Below are positions 32,324 to 41,763 of a stretch of DNA of 64,000 bases, piece after piece. How positions within the stretch are numbered: the first letter of the stretch is position 1; the number at the start of each line of letters is the position of its first letter. The position numbers and the translations under genes were made by a program. The stretch lies in the NCBI GenBank assembly GCA_049967475.1, contig JBMFSQ010000010.1:1-64000 (forward strand). Direction: 5' to 3'. The stretch is from Chthonomonadales bacterium (GTDB taxonomy: Bacteria > Armatimonadota > Chthonomonadetes > Chthonomonadales > CAJBBX01). The notes below the pieces were generated by a model, which made no database searches, had not been told where the DNA came from, and was given only the letters and a program-made list of their open reading frames with translations.

Positions 32324-33169
32324 TTGACCAACGTCCCCACAACGCAACTCGCAGGTGCAGCGGCCCTAGCCGGCGCCGTGGCGCTGGCCTCGTGGGCCCT
32401 GCGGATGCTCAACTTTTCCGGGGCGCTGGCTGCCTTTGCTGTGGGCTTCTTCATCTTCGCAGCCGGGTCCGTACCCTTTGCCGTCCCGTTGCTCTTGTTC
32501 TTCCTTTCCAGCAGTGCGCTCTCGCGCGTAGGGACGAAGCGTAAATCCCTGGCAGCCATGCGCCAGGAAAAGGGTTCATCCCGCGATGCCTGGCAGGTCC
32601 TGGCCAATGGTGCGGTACCAACCCTTTTCGCCATTGCCTACCATACCAGCCACCACGATCGAATGACCGTGCTCCTGTACCTATCCACCCTCGCTGCGGC
32701 CAATGCGGACACGTGGGCTACGGAAATCGGCGGGCTTTGGCGCGGCCGGCCGCGGCTCGTGACCACACTCCGCCATGTCGAGCCCGGCACATCCGGAGGC
32801 GTCACCCTGCTGGGCCTTGCCGCAAGCCTTGTCGGCGCGGGCGCCATCGCTGGAACCGCATGGCTCGTGTGGCCCCTCCTCCCGCCGGAACTTCGATGGT
32901 GGCGAATTGACGCACCGGAACTCATAACCGTGGCATGGTCTGGCTTCCTTGGGGCTTATGCAGACAGCGTGCTTGGCGCTTCCGTGCAGGCGCGATACCG
33001 ATGCTCCGTATGTCAAATGGCCACGGAACGTCGTATTCACTGCGATGCGCCGTGCGATCTCAGCGGGGGTTCGGTATGGGTCAACAACGACGTCGTGAAC
33101 CTGTGGTCCGTGACCCTTGCTGCCGGCTTCGCGTGGATCCTGTTGCGTTATTTCGCGTACCCCATTTAA
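32324..33169 (+). CDS. DUF92 family membrane protein
   Basis: FFLSSS, RDAWQVLANG, ADTWATEIG, GTSGGVT, DSVLGA, NNDVVN. Confidence 0.9.
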   Translation: MTNVPTTQLAGAAALAGAVALASWALRMLNFSGALAAFAVGFFIFAAGSVPFAVPLLLFFLSSSALSRVGTKRKSLAAMRQEKGSSRDAWQVLANGAVPTLFAIAYHTSHHDRMTVLLYLSTLAAANADTWATEIGGLWRGRPRLVTTLRHVEPGTSGGVTLLGLAASLVGAGAIAGTAWLVWPLLPPELRWWRIDAPELITVAWSGFLGAYADSVLGASVQARYRCSVCQMATERRIHCDAPCDLSGGSVWVNNDVVNLWSVTLAAGFAWILLRYFAYPI

Positions 33170-33330
33170 CATCCCGCGTGGGCTGCCTGAAGGATTCCGC
33201 GCGTGTCTGGAGGAAGTATGGAATACCAATGCGGAACATCAGGGGCGGGAGCCTCCGTCAAATAGTACAGAAGGTTTCGCCCGTTCCATTCGCCAGGCAG
33301 CGCGCGGGACCGAGTTCCAGGAGCTGAAGG

Positions 33331-34107
33331 ATGCCAAGAGGCCGCTTCCGAGCCTTTACACTCATCGAATTACTGACGGTAATCGCGATTATCGCGGTTC
33401 TGGCAGCCATTCTGCTGCCCGTATTCGCACGGGTCCGCGAGAGCGCTAGGCAAACCACCTGCCTTTCCAACCTCCACCAGATTAGCGTAGCCCTCAGTCT
33501 CTACCGCGACGACAACGGCGAATATCCACCCCTCCTCCTGGGATATGCCGAGAATGCCAACGGCTTGCCATGGGCTCCCGGCGATTCACCTGCGCCCGTA
33601 CCGGCCAACCGTATCCAGCACGGATACCTCCTCGGGAAGTATCTTCGCAACGATATCAACGTGTTCCATTGCCCGGACAACATGCATAACGACATGACGC
33701 AAGCATCCACTGCAGCATTCGCTCCGGGCAGTGTCCTCAGTGGTGCCGTCCCCAATGTGGGCGACCTTGGTATTGACGTGCCCGACGCCTATAAGAACCG
33801 CCCGCTCTACCTCTATACTTTCGACAGTTACGACCTCACTGCCTTGATAGATGCCAACGGCAACACCAACGGAAGCTTTGCACTGGTTTACAGCCGCAAC
33901 TGGACCGGCGGCAGCGGAACTTCCGACGCGCCCAACCAGCTCAAATACCGCAACGCCCCGCCGGATAAAACGGTGGTAGCCTGGTGCAACTACCATGTGG
34001 CGACCGCCCATGGCGAGATGTGCCCCGTTCTCCTGGCATCCGGAACCGCCAAGCCGCTCCCCTACCGCCGGGTCCTCCAACTCGGATGGAACCTGGCCAA
34101 CCAGTAG
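33331..34107 (+). CDS. Prepilin-type N-terminal cleavage/methylation domain protein (DUF1559-like)
   Basis: [33 protein letters not shown]...Y..D, FHCP. Confidence 0.88.
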   Translation: MPRGRFRAFTLIELLTVIAIIAVLAAILLPVFARVRESARQTTCLSNLHQISVALSLYRDDNGEYPPLLLGYAENANGLPWAPGDSPAPVPANRIQHGYLLGKYLRNDINVFHCPDNMHNDMTQASTAAFAPGSVLSGAVPNVGDLGIDVPDAYKNRPLYLYTFDSYDLTALIDANGNTNGSFALVYSRNWTGGSGTSDAPNQLKYRNAPPDKTVVAWCNYHVATAHGEMCPVLLASGTAKPLPYRRVLQLGWNLANQ

Positions 34108-34229
34108 CCTCCTCCTGAACCGCGCGTGCGTCAGGGTGTTCCAGCGAACCGGGTTAAATCACTATTACCCGTCTCAATTTCGTCTCCTCTAAAAATTACC
34201 TGCGGCGAAGCCCAAACCCGCGGAGCATG

Positions 34230-34257
34230 TGCTATACTCAAGATAACCCTAAGCTAT
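34230..34257 (+). promoter_or_regulatory. Extended -10 promoter plus candidate DtxR/IdeR operator
   Basis: TGCTATACT (34230-34238) is followed directly by CAAGATAACCCTAAGCTAT, a 14/19 match to TWAGGTWAGSCTWACCTWA. Confidence 0.55.
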
Positions 34258-34267
34258 CGAAAGGCCC

Positions 34268-35056
34268 ATGCCATCACGGAACATCTACCTGAGGGTACCT
34301 GCAACGTGCCGCCCGGTGACCATACGGGAGGCCGCTGCAACCCGCATCACCGAACCCGTGGAGGAGTATGTGGAAGGCATCTGGCGCCTCCAGAAGCAAG
34401 TGGCCACCGTAGGAACCGGCGAGATCGCCCAATACATGAATGTTGCGCCGGCGTCGGTAACCCCCATGCTCAAACGGATGGCCACATTGGGGCTTGTTGA
34501 GCATCGGCCCTATCAAGGAGTGCGATGCACAGACAAAGGCGAAGCCCTGGCCGTCGAACTGCTGCGCCGCCACCGCCTCATCGAATGCCTGCTGGTGGAC
34601 TTCCTGAAGCTCCCCTGGCACGGTGTGCATGATCTCGCCTGCAAGCTCGAGCACTACATCGGACCCGATGTGGCAGATCACATTGCCCGCGCGCTCGGCA
34701 GCCCCAGCCGCTGCCCCCACGGAAACCCGATCCTGGACACTACCCCGGATGGATCCATTCCCTTGGGAGATCTTCCCGTACCGGCTGCAGCGGAAGTGGT
34801 GAAAATAACCGACGAGCGAGAGGAGTTCTTACGCTATCTCACCACGCTGAGCCTCGTGCCCGGCACCCGCGTAGAACTGGTGGGCCGAACCCCCTTTGGA
34901 GACGTGCTTACCCTTCGCATTGAGGGGCGGGAGGAACCCGTAGCGGTAGGCGGCGAAGTATCCGCTTCCGTATACGTACAAAGCATTGGGGATGGAAGCT
35001 GTAATGAGGGCTCCACACCCGTGAGGAAGGCCCATGCCAAGGATACCGTTCTTTGA
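34268..35056 (+). CDS. DtxR/IdeR/MntR family metal-dependent regulator with C-terminal FeoA-like domain
   Basis: EEYVEGI, ASVT.ML, RRHRL.E..L, ACKLEH, CPHGNPI; start uncertain. Confidence 0.92.
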   Translation: MPSRNIYLRVPATCRPVTIREAAATRITEPVEEYVEGIWRLQKQVATVGTGEIAQYMNVAPASVTPMLKRMATLGLVEHRPYQGVRCTDKGEALAVELLRRHRLIECLLVDFLKLPWHGVHDLACKLEHYIGPDVADHIARALGSPSRCPHGNPILDTTPDGSIPLGDLPVPAAAEVVKITDEREEFLRYLTTLSLVPGTRVELVGRTPFGDVLTLRIEGREEPVAVGGEVSASVYVQSIGDGSCNEGSTPVRKAHAKDTVL

Positions 35057-35627
35057 GATCATCCGAGGTGAGCGGCGGGCCGGCATTCATTATGCCCGGC
35101 CTTTAGACGAGGAGGGAGCGCCAGCGCCTCGCCGGCGCATCGTGATTGTGGGCAACCCCAACGTGGGGAAGAGCGTCATCTTCAATCGCCTCACGGGCCG
35201 CTACGTCACAGTGTCCAATTATCCCGGAACCACTGTAGAGATTGCCCGCGGCCGCGCCCAGATAGGAGACACCCTCTTCGAAGTGGTGGACACGCCGGGC
35301 ATGTATTCCCTGCGTCCGCTTTCTGAAGAGGAACGCGTGGGCCGCACCATCCTTCTCAATGAGCCCGCAGATGTCGTCCTCCAGGTGGTAGATGCCAAGA
35401 ACCTGGATCGGATGCTTCCCTTCACATTCCAATTGATCGAGGCCGGCTTCCGCCTCGTCCTCGTCGTGAACATGCTGGACGAGGCCGAGAGGCTGGGGAT
35501 CTCGCTGGACCTTCCTCGCCTCGCCCGCGAATTGGAGATCCCTGTGGTAGGAACCGTCGCACTCACCGGACGAGGCATTGACCGCTTGAAAGAGGTTCTC
35601 AATGAGCACGATCGCGCCGGAACCTGA
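35034..35627 (+). CDS. feoB: FeoB GTPase domain (stand-alone)
   Basis: GNPNVGKS, NYPGTTVE, DTPG, NMLD; the ORF ends right after G5. Confidence 0.9.
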   Translation: MPRIPFFEIIRGERRAGIHYARPLDEEGAPAPRRRIVIVGNPNVGKSVIFNRLTGRYVTVSNYPGTTVEIARGRAQIGDTLFEVVDTPGMYSLRPLSEEERVGRTILLNEPADVVLQVVDAKNLDRMLPFTFQLIEAGFRLVLVVNMLDEAERLGISLDLPRLARELEIPVVGTVALTGRGIDRLKEVLNEHDRAGT

Positions 35628-37068
35628 TCGCCTTCTGGCGTTAGATACCGACATCGAAGAGGCTATCTCCCGCATTACGGAGCGAATGCGCGGAGAGTAT
35701 CCCATTTCGAGACGTGCCGTCGCCCTCCTACTCCTAGAGGATGACGCTGAAATTACGGACCTCGTGCGCCACGCCGAGGGAGAGGGCTTCGCTGCCGTTG
35801 CAGACATTATCGCCGCCCTGCGCAGCAGAGCTTCTGGACCGCTGGATGCAGAGATTACCATCCAGCGCCGCGAAGCGGCCCAGCGCCTCAGCAGCATCGT
35901 CATGGGCCGGCCCCAAGTGCAGCAAATCTCCTTCAATGAGCGCCTCAGCCGGCTCTGCATGTATCCCATCACGGGGCTGCCGATCCTAGCCTTCGTGCTG
36001 TGGTTCGGCCTGTATCAGTTCGTCGGCGTCTTCGGCGGCAAGACGTTGGTGGGATTACTCGAGGATAACCTCTTCGGCAAACATATCAACCCGTGGATGG
36101 TGGCCCAAGTACGCCATCTCATTCCATGGACGTGGCTTTCGGATCTATTTGTGGGCGAATACGGCATGTGGACCCTCGGGGTTACGTATGCTACGGCGCT
36201 CATCTTTCCCATCGTCGGGACCTTCTTCTTGGCCTTCTCGGTGCTGGAAGACAGCGGCTACTTCCCACGATTGGCTATGCTCATAGACCGCATCTTCAAG
36301 TCCATCGGCCTCAACGGCAAGGCCGTGATCCCCATTGTGTTAGGCTTCGGCTGCGACACCATGGCCACGATCGTCACGCGCATCCTGGAGACGCCTCGCG
36401 AACGCATCATCGCCACGTTCCTCCTGTCGCTGGCCATCCCCTGTTCGGCTCAGATCGGCGTCATGACCGTCCTCCTAGCGGGGCATCCCCGGGCGTTTGC
36501 ATTCTGGGTAGGCATTATGACGGTTATCTTCCTGCTCATCGGTTATCTGACCGCCAAACTTTTGCCCGGCGAAACAGCGCGCTTTGCCATGGAGATACCG
36601 CCCCTGCGCATCCCCAGCCTTTCCAACATCGCCGTGAAGACCTTTGCCCGCGTCCAATGGTATTTCTTAGAAGTGTTCCCGCTGTTCCTGTTCGCGAGCT
36701 TCATCATCTGGATCGGGCGTCTCACCGGCTTGTTCGAGGCTACTGTGCACGCGATGCGCCCCATTATGCGGCTGCTTGGGCTGCCGGATCAAACGGCGGA
36801 AGCCTTTCTCTTCGGCTTCTTCCGCAGGGATTATGGGGCGGCTGGTCTATACCGATTGCAGCAGAACCATATGCTCACAGGAAACCAGCTTTTGGTAAGC
36901 GTGGTGACGCTTACGATCTTCTTGCCCTGCATCGCCCAGTTCCTCATGATGAAGAAGGAACGGGGCCTTGCAATGGCTCTAGGAATGGCAGCGTTCATCT
37001 TCCCCTTTGCCATTGTAGTAGGCGCGACGCTCAACCTGCTTCTGGGGATGCTCCATGTGAGGGTATAA
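35602..37068 (+). CDS. feoB: FeoB helical and membrane domain (stand-alone)
   Basis: LEDSGYFPR, GLNGKA, GFGC, IPCSAQ, MEIPPLR.P, LPCIA; own ATG with GAGG SD. Confidence 0.9.
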   Translation: MSTIAPEPDRLLALDTDIEEAISRITERMRGEYPISRRAVALLLLEDDAEITDLVRHAEGEGFAAVADIIAALRSRASGPLDAEITIQRREAAQRLSSIVMGRPQVQQISFNERLSRLCMYPITGLPILAFVLWFGLYQFVGVFGGKTLVGLLEDNLFGKHINPWMVAQVRHLIPWTWLSDLFVGEYGMWTLGVTYATALIFPIVGTFFLAFSVLEDSGYFPRLAMLIDRIFKSIGLNGKAVIPIVLGFGCDTMATIVTRILETPRERIIATFLLSLAIPCSAQIGVMTVLLAGHPRAFAFWVGIMTVIFLLIGYLTAKLLPGETARFAMEIPPLRIPSLSNIAVKTFARVQWYFLEVFPLFLFASFIIWIGRLTGLFEATVHAMRPIMRLLGLPDQTAEAFLFGFFRRDYGAAGLYRLQQNHMLTGNQLLVSVVTLTIFLPCIAQFLMMKKERGLAMALGMAAFIFPFAIVVGATLNLLLGMLHVRV

Positions 37069-37073
37069 CGAGA

Positions 37074-37304
37074 TTGGAAGAGCAGGAACACACGTCCGGC
37101 GGGGCGACAACCCGGTGCGTCTTTTGTGGATATGAGTTCACAGAAGAGGAGGGCGCCCATGCTTGCGGGCGCTGCGCCCTTTTTGGAGGATGCCGGATGG
37201 TGAAGTGCCCGCGATGCGGCTACGAAATGCCGCAGACACCCAATCTCGTCAAAATGCTCAAGAAGTGGGGAAGGCGTGGGTCCGGAACATCTGGCCGAAG
37301 ATAG
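37074..37304 (+). CDS. Small Cys-rich metal-binding protein of the feo operon
   Basis: TTG start 5 nt after the feoB stop with GAGGG upstream; 76 aa with CVFC-x12-CGRC-x5-C-x4-CPRC; fills the feoB-feoA gap. Confidence 0.8.
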   Translation: MEEQEHTSGGATTRCVFCGYEFTEEEGAHACGRCALFGGCRMVKCPRCGYEMPQTPNLVKMLKKWGRRGSGTSGRR

Positions 37305-37539
37305 AAGCGGAAGAGGCATCCGCCCCCTGCATACGCTCCACCGCGGCACTCGGGCGGTGGTCGTTGACCTTTCCAAGCTTTCGGCCCACGAGCGCAACAA
37401 ACTCATGGCGCTGGGCCTCATTCCCGGCGCGGATGTGCACGTGATCCAGCGCTTCCCCTCGTACGTAATCGCCGTCGGTTACACCCAACTCGCCCTGGAT
37501 CGCGAAACCGCGCGACTGATCCTCGTGCAACCGGTTTAG
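37276..37539 (+). CDS. feoA: Ferrous iron transport protein A
   Basis: KLMALGLIPG..V.V.QRFP...VG.TQLALD...A..I.V. Confidence 0.88.
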   Translation: MGPEHLAEDRSGRGIRPLHTLHRGTRAVVVDLSKLSAHERNKLMALGLIPGADVHVIQRFPSYVIAVGYTQLALDRETARLILVQPV

Positions 37540-37548
37540 CCCTAACCC

Positions 37549-38367
37549 ATGAGTGACCCCACGTCATCCTGCATGCCCCCGCAGCCGCCTCAGCACGAAG
37601 CCACGCCTCCGGCCGATCCCATCCCGTTCACGCTCGTGGCATCCATATACGATGAGCTCATGCGGGATATCCCCTACAAATCGTGGGTTGAGCACGTTCG
37701 CCAAATCTGGCAAACGATGGGGCTGGCCCCAGTGCGCATCCTCGACCTGGCGTGCGGCACGGGCAACGCCACCCTTCTCTTCGCTGCCATGGGCCTTCAG
37801 GCGGTGGGAGTGGACCTTTCCCCTCAGATGATCTCCAGAGCCCGCAGGAAGGCACGCCGCGCCGGCTTCTCGATCCGATATTACGTGCAGAACGCCGCGA
37901 GCCTCCAGCTTCGGGAAGACCCCTTCGACGTGTGCGTGTCGCTCTTCGACAGCCTCAACTACGTGCTCTCTCCGGACCAATTGGCCGAAGTATTCCGGCG
38001 CGTCTTCGGGTGCCTCAAACCGGGCGGGCTTTTCGTTTTCGATATGAATTCTCCATTCGCCCTGGAGAATGGCTTCTTCGACCAGGACAACCTCGCCACG
38101 AGCGACCGCGTGCGCTACGTGTGGCGGAGCAGCTATGATGGCGCGCGGCGCCTTTGCACCGTTCAGATGCGCTTCTTCGTACGCGAGCGCGGCGTGGACC
38201 GCGAATTCGTTGAATGGCACACCCAGCGCGCCTATACTCAACAGGAAATCGAAGCATTGCTCGCATCGGCCGGCTTTGTTGAGATAGCGTGCACCCACGG
38301 GTACACCTTCATGCCCGTGCGCTTTACTACAGACCGCTATCTTTTCGTAGCACGAAGACCCCAGTGA
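37549..38367 (+). CDS. Class I SAM-dependent methyltransferase
   Basis: ILDLACGTG, GVDLS..MI, FDSLNY, LKPGG.FVFD. Confidence 0.9.
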   Translation: MSDPTSSCMPPQPPQHEATPPADPIPFTLVASIYDELMRDIPYKSWVEHVRQIWQTMGLAPVRILDLACGTGNATLLFAAMGLQAVGVDLSPQMISRARRKARRAGFSIRYYVQNAASLQLREDPFDVCVSLFDSLNYVLSPDQLAEVFRRVFGCLKPGGLFVFDMNSPFALENGFFDQDNLATSDRVRYVWRSSYDGARRLCTVQMRFFVRERGVDREFVEWHTQRAYTQQEIEALLASAGFVEIACTHGYTFMPVRFTTDRYLFVARRPQ

Positions 38368-38561
38368 GCGTTCGAGCGCGTCGCCATAGGCTCCCGCAAT
38401 AAGATGGATGTGCGGCAAGGCGCTCCGGTGTTTCAAACCGGCAAGCAGCGGGACCAATGCCGGCCCAACGCCGCTGCAAGCGGTTGGGCATCTCACCCCC
38501 GGCGCATCCCCGTTCCGGCTCCCTTTCCAACCCGGTTCCCGGGCTCGCGATGCGTACGGCG

Positions 38562-38591
38562 TTGACCGTGATGCGCGCGAAGTGCTAAACT
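38562..38591 (+). promoter_or_regulatory. Sigma70-type promoter of gap operon
   Basis: TTGACC-18 bp-TAAACT with TG extension. Confidence 0.65.
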
Positions 38592-38733
38592 CAGAGATGA
38601 GTTCCCCTGCGGGAACGTCGCCGAGTGCAGGTGAGCCGGCTCACCACATTGGTCGGCGAGCGCAGGGCAGCCAGGCCCTTAGGCGTCAGCAGATCCTTCC
38701 CGGGCTGCCTTCACACAGAAAGGAGTTTCACCC

Positions 38734-39750
38734 ATGGCCGTCAAGGTGGGTATCAACGGTTTCGGCCGCATCGGTCGCTTGAGCCTCCGAACGATCCTCC
38801 AGTACTACCCGAATGACATCGAGGTTGTTGCTCTCAACGACCTTACCGACGCGAAGACGAATGCGCATCTCTTCAAACACGACACGAACTACGGCGCATT
38901 CAACGGCACTGTAGAGGCGCAAGATAAGGACATCGTGGTAAACGGGCGCAGGATCACGGTCTATTCGGAACGGGACCCGGGCAAAATCCCGTGGCAGGAA
39001 CAGGGCGTGCAGATTGTTCTCGAGTCCACAGGTCTGTTCGTGGATCCCGAGAAGGCGGGCGCACACCTCAACGCCTCCACCGTGAAAAAGGTGATTATCT
39101 CCGCACCGGCTAAGGGCGATGTGCGCACCATCGTGCTCGGAGTAAACGAAGAAATGTACGATCCGGCCATGGACCACATCGTGTCCAACGCCTCCTGCAC
39201 CACCAACTGCCTGGCGCCCGTTGCCAAGGTCCTCAGCGACGAATTCGGCATCGAGGCGGCCCTCATGACGACGGTCCACTCGTACACCAACGACCAGAAG
39301 GTAGCCGATCAATTCCATAAGGATTTGAGGCGGGCGCGGGCAGCCGCCGAGTCCATCATTCCCACGTCCACCGGCGCAGCCAAAGCCATTGGGCTCGTAA
39401 TCCCAGAATTGCAGGGCAAAATGCACGGCATTGCCCTCCGGGTACCTACTCCCACGGTGTCTTTGGTGGATCTGGTTGCTACGACTACCAAGCCCACTAC
39501 AAAGGAAGCCGTAAACGATGCCATGCGAAAGGCAGCCGCAGGCCGAATGAAGGGCTACCTGCGGGTGGAAGACGAGCCGCTGGTGTCGTCCGACTTCATC
39601 GGGGAGCCTGCTTCTTCTGTGGTAGATGCCCTGGAGACCATGGTGATCGGCGACAACCATGTGAAGGTGTTGGCCTGGTACGACAACGAGTGGGGTTACT
39701 CGTGTCGCATCGCCGACTTGATCCACTATATCGCGCAGAAGGGCCTCTAG
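38734..39750 (+). CDS. gap: Type I glyceraldehyde-3-phosphate dehydrogenase
   Basis: [33 protein letters not shown]. Confidence 0.98.
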   Translation: MAVKVGINGFGRIGRLSLRTILQYYPNDIEVVALNDLTDAKTNAHLFKHDTNYGAFNGTVEAQDKDIVVNGRRITVYSERDPGKIPWQEQGVQIVLESTGLFVDPEKAGAHLNASTVKKVIISAPAKGDVRTIVLGVNEEMYDPAMDHIVSNASCTTNCLAPVAKVLSDEFGIEAALMTTVHSYTNDQKVADQFHKDLRRARAAAESIIPTSTGAAKAIGLVIPELQGKMHGIALRVPTPTVSLVDLVATTTKPTTKEAVNDAMRKAAAGRMKGYLRVEDEPLVSSDFIGEPASSVVDALETMVIGDNHVKVLAWYDNEWGYSCRIADLIHYIAQKGL

Positions 39751-39835
39751 CCCTGGCGCTCGGGCCAGCCACAGCACGGCCATCGGAGGCAACGGAGCTG
39801 CGCCGGCCCTTTCGTTGCAATGCGGAGAACCGGAG

Positions 39836-41032
39836 ATGAACAAGAAGACCATCGAAGATATCCCGGTCGCCGGCAAGCGCGTGCTGGTGCGCGTGGATTT
39901 CAATGTTCCCTTCGACAAGAGCGGCGCAATCTCGGATGATCGCCGTATTCGCGCTGCTTTGCCCACCATCCGATACCTGGTCGATCACGGAGCTCGGGTG
40001 ATCCTCGCCTCGCACCTGGGCCGACCCAAAGGCTCACCCGAGGATCGCCAGAAGTATTCCCTTCGCCCTGTGGCAGAGCGCCTCGGCCAAATCCTGGGCA
40101 AACCCGTGGCAATGGCTCCGGATTGCGTGGGACCGGAGGTCGAGCGGATGGCCGGCGCACTTCAACCGGGAGACGTGCTGCTCCTGGAGAATGTGCGCTT
40201 CCATCCCGAGGAAGAGAAGAACGACCCCGAGTTTGCCCGTAAGCTTGCTTCTTTGGCGGATCTTTACGTGAACGATGCCTTCGGTAGCGCGCATCGCGCC
40301 CATGCCTCTACCGAAGGCGTAGCACACGATCTGCCTGCCGTCGCCGGGTTCCTCATGCAGAAGGAGATAGACTTCCTGGGCGGTGCCCTCGAAAATCCCA
40401 AGAGGCCCTTCGTCTCCGTTCTGGGAGGGAAGAAGGTAGCCGACAAGATCGGCGTCATCGAGAACCTGGCCGGAAAGGTAGACCGCCTCATCGTAGGAGG
40501 CGGCATGGCCTACACATTCCTAAAGGCCAAAGGGTTGGAGATCGGCGCATCCATCCTGGACGAGGCTTCGCTGGACTACTGCGCCCAAGTGATCTCCCGC
40601 CTAGGGGATCGCCTCCTGCTTCCCGTGGACGTTATCGTTGCCGACGGCAGCCCTTGGGATCAGCCCCTGGAGGCGATCCGGACACAAGTGGTACCCGTTG
40701 ACGCGATCCCGGCAGGTTGGCAAGGCGTAGATATTGGACCCCGCACGCGGGAACTTTTTGCCGAGGCGGTCCGTGGGGCAGGCACGATCGTCTGGAATGG
40801 CCCCATGGGCATCTTCGAGTTCGAGCCCTTTGCAGAAGGCACCCGCGCCATGGCATCGGCCCTCGCCGCATCCGGCGCAGTCACCATCGTAGGCGGTGGC
40901 GAGTCGGCAGCCGCGGTGGAACAAATGGGGTTCGCCGATCGCATCACCCACATCTCTACGGGTGGAGGGGCTTCACTGGAGTTCCTGGAAGGCAAGCCGC
41001 TGCCGGGCGTCGTTGCTTTGCTGGACAAATAG
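39836..41032 (+). CDS. pgk: Phosphoglycerate kinase
   Basis: [47 protein letters not shown]. Confidence 0.97.
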   Translation: MNKKTIEDIPVAGKRVLVRVDFNVPFDKSGAISDDRRIRAALPTIRYLVDHGARVILASHLGRPKGSPEDRQKYSLRPVAERLGQILGKPVAMAPDCVGPEVERMAGALQPGDVLLLENVRFHPEEEKNDPEFARKLASLADLYVNDAFGSAHRAHASTEGVAHDLPAVAGFLMQKEIDFLGGALENPKRPFVSVLGGKKVADKIGVIENLAGKVDRLIVGGGMAYTFLKAKGLEIGASILDEASLDYCAQVISRLGDRLLLPVDVIVADGSPWDQPLEAIRTQVVPVDAIPAGWQGVDIGPRTRELFAEAVRGAGTIVWNGPMGIFEFEPFAEGTRAMASALAASGAVTIVGGGESAAAVEQMGFADRITHISTGGGASLEFLEGKPLPGVVALLDK

Positions 41033-41048
41033 GATCCGGGAGGGAGAC

Positions 41049-41732
41049 GTGAACTATTCCGCACCCTTTGGAGGCCGCACAGTGGCGTCCGCTCCGCCGG
41101 ACGTCAGAGCGGCGTTCATCCGCAAGGTGTACCATTTGTTCTTTGTCTCCCTCTTGGTAACCGTCGGCACGGGATATGTGGCCGCTTTGCCCGGCATTCG
41201 TCCGGCAATGATCGCGCTCCTGCCTGTGCTCATCATCGGCGAGTTGGTGTGCGGGTTGATCCTGGCCTTTGTACGCCGCACGACCGGCATCAACGTCGCC
41301 CTCCTGTACGTTTTTTCGGCTCTTCAAGGGGCTGTTCTCGGCCCCGTCCTCACCCTAATGGAGCGGGTCGCGCCCGGAGTGCCCGCAGAAGCTGCCATCC
41401 TTACAGTCGCGGTTTTCGGTGGCCTGTCGCTCTACGTGCTCCAGACTGGGCGGGATTTCAGCTACTTGGGCGGCATGTTGACGGCGGGCATCATCGCGAT
41501 GGTCGTAGCCGGCATCGTGATGTTCTTTGTCCACTCTTCTCTGGTCCATACCCTGTACTGCGTGATCGGGATCCTCATCTTCAGCGGCTACGTTCTCTAC
41601 GACACATCTATGATCATGCATAGGCTCGGGCCGGACGAGGCGGTGGCAGGCGCCATCAGTATCTACCTGGACCTGATCAACCTTTTCTGGCTGATCCTCA
41701 ACCTCCTCATGGAACTGAACCGAAAGGACTGA
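41049..41732 (+). CDS. Bax inhibitor-1/YccA family membrane protein
   Basis: FIRKVY, DFSYLGG, LYDT, IYLDLINLF; about 7 TM helices; GTG start after GGGAGGGAG. Confidence 0.9.
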   Translation: MNYSAPFGGRTVASAPPDVRAAFIRKVYHLFFVSLLVTVGTGYVAALPGIRPAMIALLPVLIIGELVCGLILAFVRRTTGINVALLYVFSALQGAVLGPVLTLMERVAPGVPAEAAILTVAVFGGLSLYVLQTGRDFSYLGGMLTAGIIAMVVAGIVMFFVHSSLVHTLYCVIGILIFSGYVLYDTSMIMHRLGPDEAVAGAISIYLDLINLFWLILNLLMELNRKD

Positions 41733-41763
41733 AGCGCATAGCGGCGCTGGAAGAACGACGATC

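Noticed and set aside
36093..37073. 403-aa ORF overlapping feoB on the same strand
   Set aside because: Arg/Pro/His-rich shadow frame; only its last 76 codons (from 37074) look coding.
37532..37550. Second DtxR-like box after feoA (ggtttagccctaacc)
   Set aside because: Only about 10/19 match, it overlaps the stop and start codons, and no promoter is seen nearby.
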